Shown: in pieces, positions 62,214-64,000 of the stretch | Layout: every line of letters starts with the position of its first letter | How positions within the stretch are numbered: position 1 is the stretch's first letter | Origin: an uncultured delta proteobacterium | Lineage (GTDB): Bacteria; Desulfobacterota; Binatia; Binatales; Binataceae | Direction of reading: 5' to 3' | NCBI GenBank assembly: GCA_963794325.1 | Contig: CAWCDG010000009.1 | Coordinates: 114,076-178,075, forward strand | Length of the DNA: 64,000 nt | Notes under the pieces: model-generated | What the model was told of the DNA's origin: nothing | Databases searched by the model: none | The model's input: only the letters and a program-made list of their open reading frames with translations | Made by a program: the position numbers and the translations under genes

Positions 62214-64000
62214 GTGAATGATCAATCAGCATCGCCCGTCGCGAGTCGTGATTCTTTTGAAGCGCTAATCTCGCGACTTCGCGAAATCCTCCATTCACTG
62301 ATCAAACACGAGAGCGATCTTCGGGAGCGCGTTGCAGCAGTCCATCTCGCATATCGCAAAAGCGCGCTCAACTTGATCCACTATATGGCCCTCAGGCATC
62401 AGGACATCCGGAAACTACAGGATGAACTCGCTGCTCTGGGTCTCTCATCTCTCGGCAGGACTGAAGCTCATGTGATGAGCACTCTCAATGCCGTGCTCGT
62501 CGCTCTCCAGCATTTGGCAGGGCGCAAGATCGAAGTGCAGGCGCCATCGGAATTTCCGGGCTTTCGCGAAGGCAGATCATTGCTCGCTGCGCATACCGAA
62601 GCATTACTCGGCCCTGTGCCGAAGCATCGCAGCGTCCGTATCATGGTGACGATGTCGTCGGAGGCGGCGGACGACTATGCGCTGGTGCGCGACCTCGTCT
62701 CTCACGGGATGAACTGCATGAGGATTAACTGCGCGCATGACACGCCGGAAATCTGGGGCCGGATGGCTAATCACCTGGAACGCGCGCGAAAAGAATTGGG
62801 CCTGCCCTGCCGTCTTCTTATGGATATTGCCGGCCCAAAGCTTCGAACCGGACCGATAGAGCCGGGACCGCGAGTGGTCGTTTGGCATCCCAAGCGCGAT
62901 AGCTTTGGACGCGTAAAAGAGCCGGCGCGAATTTGGCTCGAGCCCGCGGTGGGAAGCCATCCTCCTCCGCCAGACGCAGACGCCGCATTGCCCGTATCAG
63001 CCGAATGGCTTGCAGCAGTACGATCCGGAGAGCGCGTTCACTTCAAAGATGCGCGCGGCAAACGACGGGTTCTGGAAGTAGTGGGTGGCAGCGATAAAGG
63101 TCGATGGGCTCGATGCAGCCAGACCGCATACGTTACACCCGGGACGGTATTGCTGCGCGACGACGCGGGCAGCGACGCAACTCGCCAGGCACAGGTAGGA
63201 GATTTACCGCCGCGCGAGCAAGGAATCCTGCTTAAGAAAGGCGACATCCTCCTTCTCACTCGTGAGTCCATCGTGGGGAAGAGCGCTTCCATCGATTCGG
63301 ACGGATCGACAAGTCTTTCCGCGATGATCTGTACACTTCCAGAAATTTTTCCGGCGGTTCGCGCTGACGAGAAATTTGGTTCGACGATGGCAAATCGGCG
63401 GTGTCGTGCGTGAGGTGCATTCTGACAATTCTTAGCATTGAAATTACCCAGGCCAAGTCCGGCGGAAATCGCCTCGGAGCCGACAAGGGATTCAACCTGC
63501 CTGATACGAGAATCAATCTGCCTGCGCTTACCGCGAAAAATCTCGAAGACCTCGAGTCTATCGTCCAACATGCGGAACTGGTCGGGATGTCGTTCGTGCG
63601 CCACGAGCGCGACATACTTGAACTTCAATCGCGACTGCATGAGCTCGGCGGCGATCACGTGGGAATGGTGCTGAAATTCGAGACGCTCAAGAGCTTCGAG
63701 CGCTGCCCAGCCTCATGCTGGCGGCGATGCGGCAGCATCCGGTGGGGATCATGATCGCTAGGGAGATGGTGGTAGAGTGTGGCTACGAACGGTTGGCCGA
63801 GGTCCAGGAAGAAATTCGATGGATCTGCGAAGCAGCGCATTTGCCTGTCATCTGGGCAACGCAGGTGCTGGAGTCGCTCGCCAAAAAAGGTCACCCCTCT
63901 CGCGCCGAGATTACCGTCGCCGCGATGGAGAACGTGCGGAGTGCGTCATGCTGAACAAGGGGCAGCATAGAGTGGCGGCAGTCAGCGCGCTCGACGATAT
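62214..64000 (+). CDS. pyk: pyruvate kinase (long form), several frameshifts in the 3' part, runs off the window
   Basis: [41 protein letters not shown]; downstream pieces in other frames: [41 protein letters not shown]. Confidence 0.85.

Noticed and set aside
63330-64000. Pyruvate kinase as a true pseudogene
   Set aside because: Many small indels cluster at the window end while motifs stay intact, which fits low-quality consensus better than decay; needs reads to settle

Overview
A GC-rich bacterial chromosomal window. The gene content suggests a soil Deltaproteobacteria-like lineage such as Candidatus Binatota; this is inference, not tested. The right half holds the conserved rimP-nusA-ylxR-infB-DUF503-rbfA-(ndh, inverted)-truB-rpsO-pnp-M16 peptidase cluster. 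Housekeeping and metabolic genes elsewhere include acs, pfkA, beta-carbonic anhydrase, an RND efflux pair, an ABC-F ATPase, SDR/MaoC enzymes, a GH57 protein and a frameshifted pyruvate kinase. Five observations stand out. (1) A DUF559 (Vsr-like) endonuclease gene is bracketed by ~78-bp structured inverted repeats. These resemble a dispersed palindromic REP-like superfamily with about 14 copies in this window, some forming ~190-bp four-hairpin mosaics and two supplying stop codons to host genes; the locus is a candidate non-RAYT REP-mobilising element. (2) An AhpD/CMD-family gene missed by the ORF track has an in-frame UGA in a CxxU motif followed by a SECIS-like hairpin, so it is a probable selenoprotein. 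(3) A 1308-aa degenerate-REase/TPR/GreA-B-like/PIN protein resembles conflict-system effectors. (4) A cobalamin riboswitch precedes a lone tonB. (5) A duplicated ~95-bp sigma54 promoter module lies in front of a tandem zinc-ribbon protein and pyruvate kinase. Several frameshifts in the right half look like sequencing errors. All protein family calls are by eye from motifs; no database search was run.
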